DNA of 24,000 nucleotides from Sarcina sp. (GTDB lineage Bacteria; Bacillota; Clostridia; Clostridiales; Clostridiaceae): NCBI GenBank assembly GCA_051655925.1, contig JBOGAY010000165.1, positions 2,445 to 26,444 of the forward strand, read 5' to 3'. Shown piece by piece: positions 22,714 to 24,000 of this stretch (position 1 is its first letter; each line of letters starts with the position of its first letter). The notes under the pieces were generated by a model. It saw only the letters and a program-made list of their open reading frames with translations, ran no database searches and was not told where the DNA came from. The position numbers and the translations under genes were made by a program.

Positions 22714-24000
22714 TTATAAATCATCAAATGATAAATCTTCTAATGATAATTCATCAAGTTCTGAATCTTGCTTTTGATCTGCAGCTTCAGCTTCTTCTTT
22801 AAGATACTTGTGATCAAGTATTCTAATAAATGGATAGTAAATTAAACATCCAAGTACTAAAAGCCCAATCTGCCATGCTGAAGCTACTAAACTACCTGTT
22901 GAAAGATATCCTGAGAACCCTATAGGAGTTGTCCATGGTAATGCAACACCATTAGTTTTAGGAAGTATTCCTGCCATTGTGGCAAAGGTTGATAATGTAA
23001 TATTCATAGCTGGAACTCCAATGAATGGAATTATTATAATTGGATTTAAAACTATTGGAAGTCCAAAGATAATTGGCTCATTAATTCCAAAGAAACCAGG
23101 AACTAATGAAAGTTTTCCAAGTTGCTTAATTCTTTGTGACTTACAGAATAATACCATTACTATAACAAGTGAAAGTGTACTTCCTCCTCCACCGTAGTTT
23201 GTAAAGAAGTTACCAAATGAACTTGTAAATATATTAGGAAGCTCTGCCCCTGCTTGGAAAGCTTCTAAATTTTCCATTGTAAGAACTTTTGAAATTGGTT
23301 CAAACACTGTATTTGCAACAGCTGGCCCATTTATACCAAAGAACCAGAATGTAGAACATGCAACTGTATATAAAAGTTGTGCTCCAAGTGTATTCCCCGC
23401 TCCTTGAAGTGGTGTTTGTAAAACTTCAAATATAAAGTTATGTGCTGTTTCATATGATGTAAATTCAAACCCTATTCTAATAAAGAAGAAAGTAAGCATA
23501 ACTATCGCACTTGGGATTAAAGCTGCAAATGAGTTAGCAACTGCTGGTGGAACCCCATCTGGCATTTTGATTGTCCAACCCTTTTTTACAACCCAGTTAA
23601 AAATGTAAACTGATGTAAGTGAAACTATAAGAGCTAAGAAAATACCATTTGAACCTATAAATTCAAACCCTAAAGCACTTATTTTCTCCTCACCATCAAT
23701 ACCTTGATAAGCAATTCTTGTAGGCATAAGTATTAAAAATGATACTATTGCAACTCCTGCCCCCTGTATTGCGTCTCCCTTTAATTCTCTTGTATATGCA
23801 TACCCTGTACCCATACAACTTAAAAGAGCAATAACATTAAAAGTAGCTCTTGATACATTAGTAAACCATGACTGCCATCCTTCACCAAGAATTGGTGTCC
23901 AAAACTCTGCCCATCCTTCAATTGGGAAGTTAGCAATAAGTAAGAATATAGAACCAACTATAATAAGAGGTGTTGTTATAAGGAAACCATCTCTTATAGC
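22714..24000 (-). CDS. PTS EIIC, lactose/cellobiose (chitobiose) family; 5' end beyond the window
   Basis: GINGPAV and GINEPIIFGLPIVLNP motifs. The frame stays open upstream of the track's ATG (23814) to position 24000, reading AIRDGFLITTPLIIVGSIFLLIANFPIEGW..., a typical EIIC N-terminal region. Acidic C-terminal tail. Confidence 0.85.
   Translation of the reverse strand, partial: AIRDGFLITTPLIIVGSIFLLIANFPIEGWAEFWTPILGEGWQSWFTNVSRATFNVIALLSCMGTGYAYTRELKGDAIQGAGVAIVSFLILMPTRIAYQGIDGEEKISALGFEFIGSNGIFLALIVSLTSVYIFNWVVKKGWTIKMPDGVPPAVANSFAALIPSAIVMLTFFFIRIGFEFTSYETAHNFIFEVLQTPLQGAGNTLGAQLLYTVACSTFWFFGINGPAVANTVFEPISKVLTMENLEAFQAGAELPNIFTSSFGNFFTNYGGGGSTLSLVIVMVLFCKSQRIKQLGKLSLVPGFFGINEPIIFGLPIVLNPIIIIPFIGVPAMNITLSTFATMAGILPKTNGVALPWTTPIGFSGYLSTGSLVASAWQIGLLVLGCLIYYPFIRILDHKYLKEEAEAADQKQDSELDELSLEDLSFDDL

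Noticed and set aside
22979-23197. 72-aa plus-strand ORF inside the EIIC gene
   Set aside because: It is an antisense shadow ORF of a clearly recognisable PTS EIIC.
1-24000. Search for CRISPR arrays, tRNA/rRNA genes, transposases, integrases, phage or defence-system genes
   Set aside because: I found no regularly spaced direct repeats, no cloverleaf-like GC-rich segments, and no ORF with recombinase, nuclease or ATPase defence signatures. The only tandem DNA repeats are the coding 60-bp cell-wall-binding repeats (~6090-6250).

Overview
Strongly AT-rich, Clostridium-like (low-GC Firmicute) chromosomal DNA. Almost all genes are on the minus strand. I saw no rRNA, tRNA, CRISPR array, transposase or integrase. 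From left to right the window holds six blocks. (1) Two paralogous lipoproteins flank a small acidic helical protein. (2) A mini-ferredoxin is convergent with a SEC-C-motif protein. (3) A CwlC-like Amidase_3+SPOR amidase lies downstream of a 986-aa secreted protein carrying clostridial cell-wall-binding repeats. That protein is preceded by a small region-3-less sigma-70-family factor (TcdR/UviA-like), whose promoter spacer contains a perfect LexA (CGAAC-N4-GTTCG) box. (4) A five-gene lic-type phosphocholine decoration operon: licD, MOP flippase, nucleotidyltransferase::licA fusion, licB, licC. (5) An Ntn-hydrolase (asparaginase-2 family) gene is driven by a clear -24/-12 sigma-54 promoter and is divergent from a short LevR-type sigma-54 activator. 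(6) A minus-strand cluster holds a cellobiose-family PTS EIIC (cut by the window edge), a stand-alone homologue of the GrdB N-terminal domain, an M20 peptidase, and two tandem M42 peptidases, one of which has lost all metal ligands. The two best candidates for undescribed biology are the SOS-box / alternative-sigma / large-exoprotein module (5644-9463) and the sigma-54 / PTS / peptidase / Ntn-hydrolase cluster (15941-24000). All family assignments come from motifs read by eye and need HMM or BLAST confirmation.
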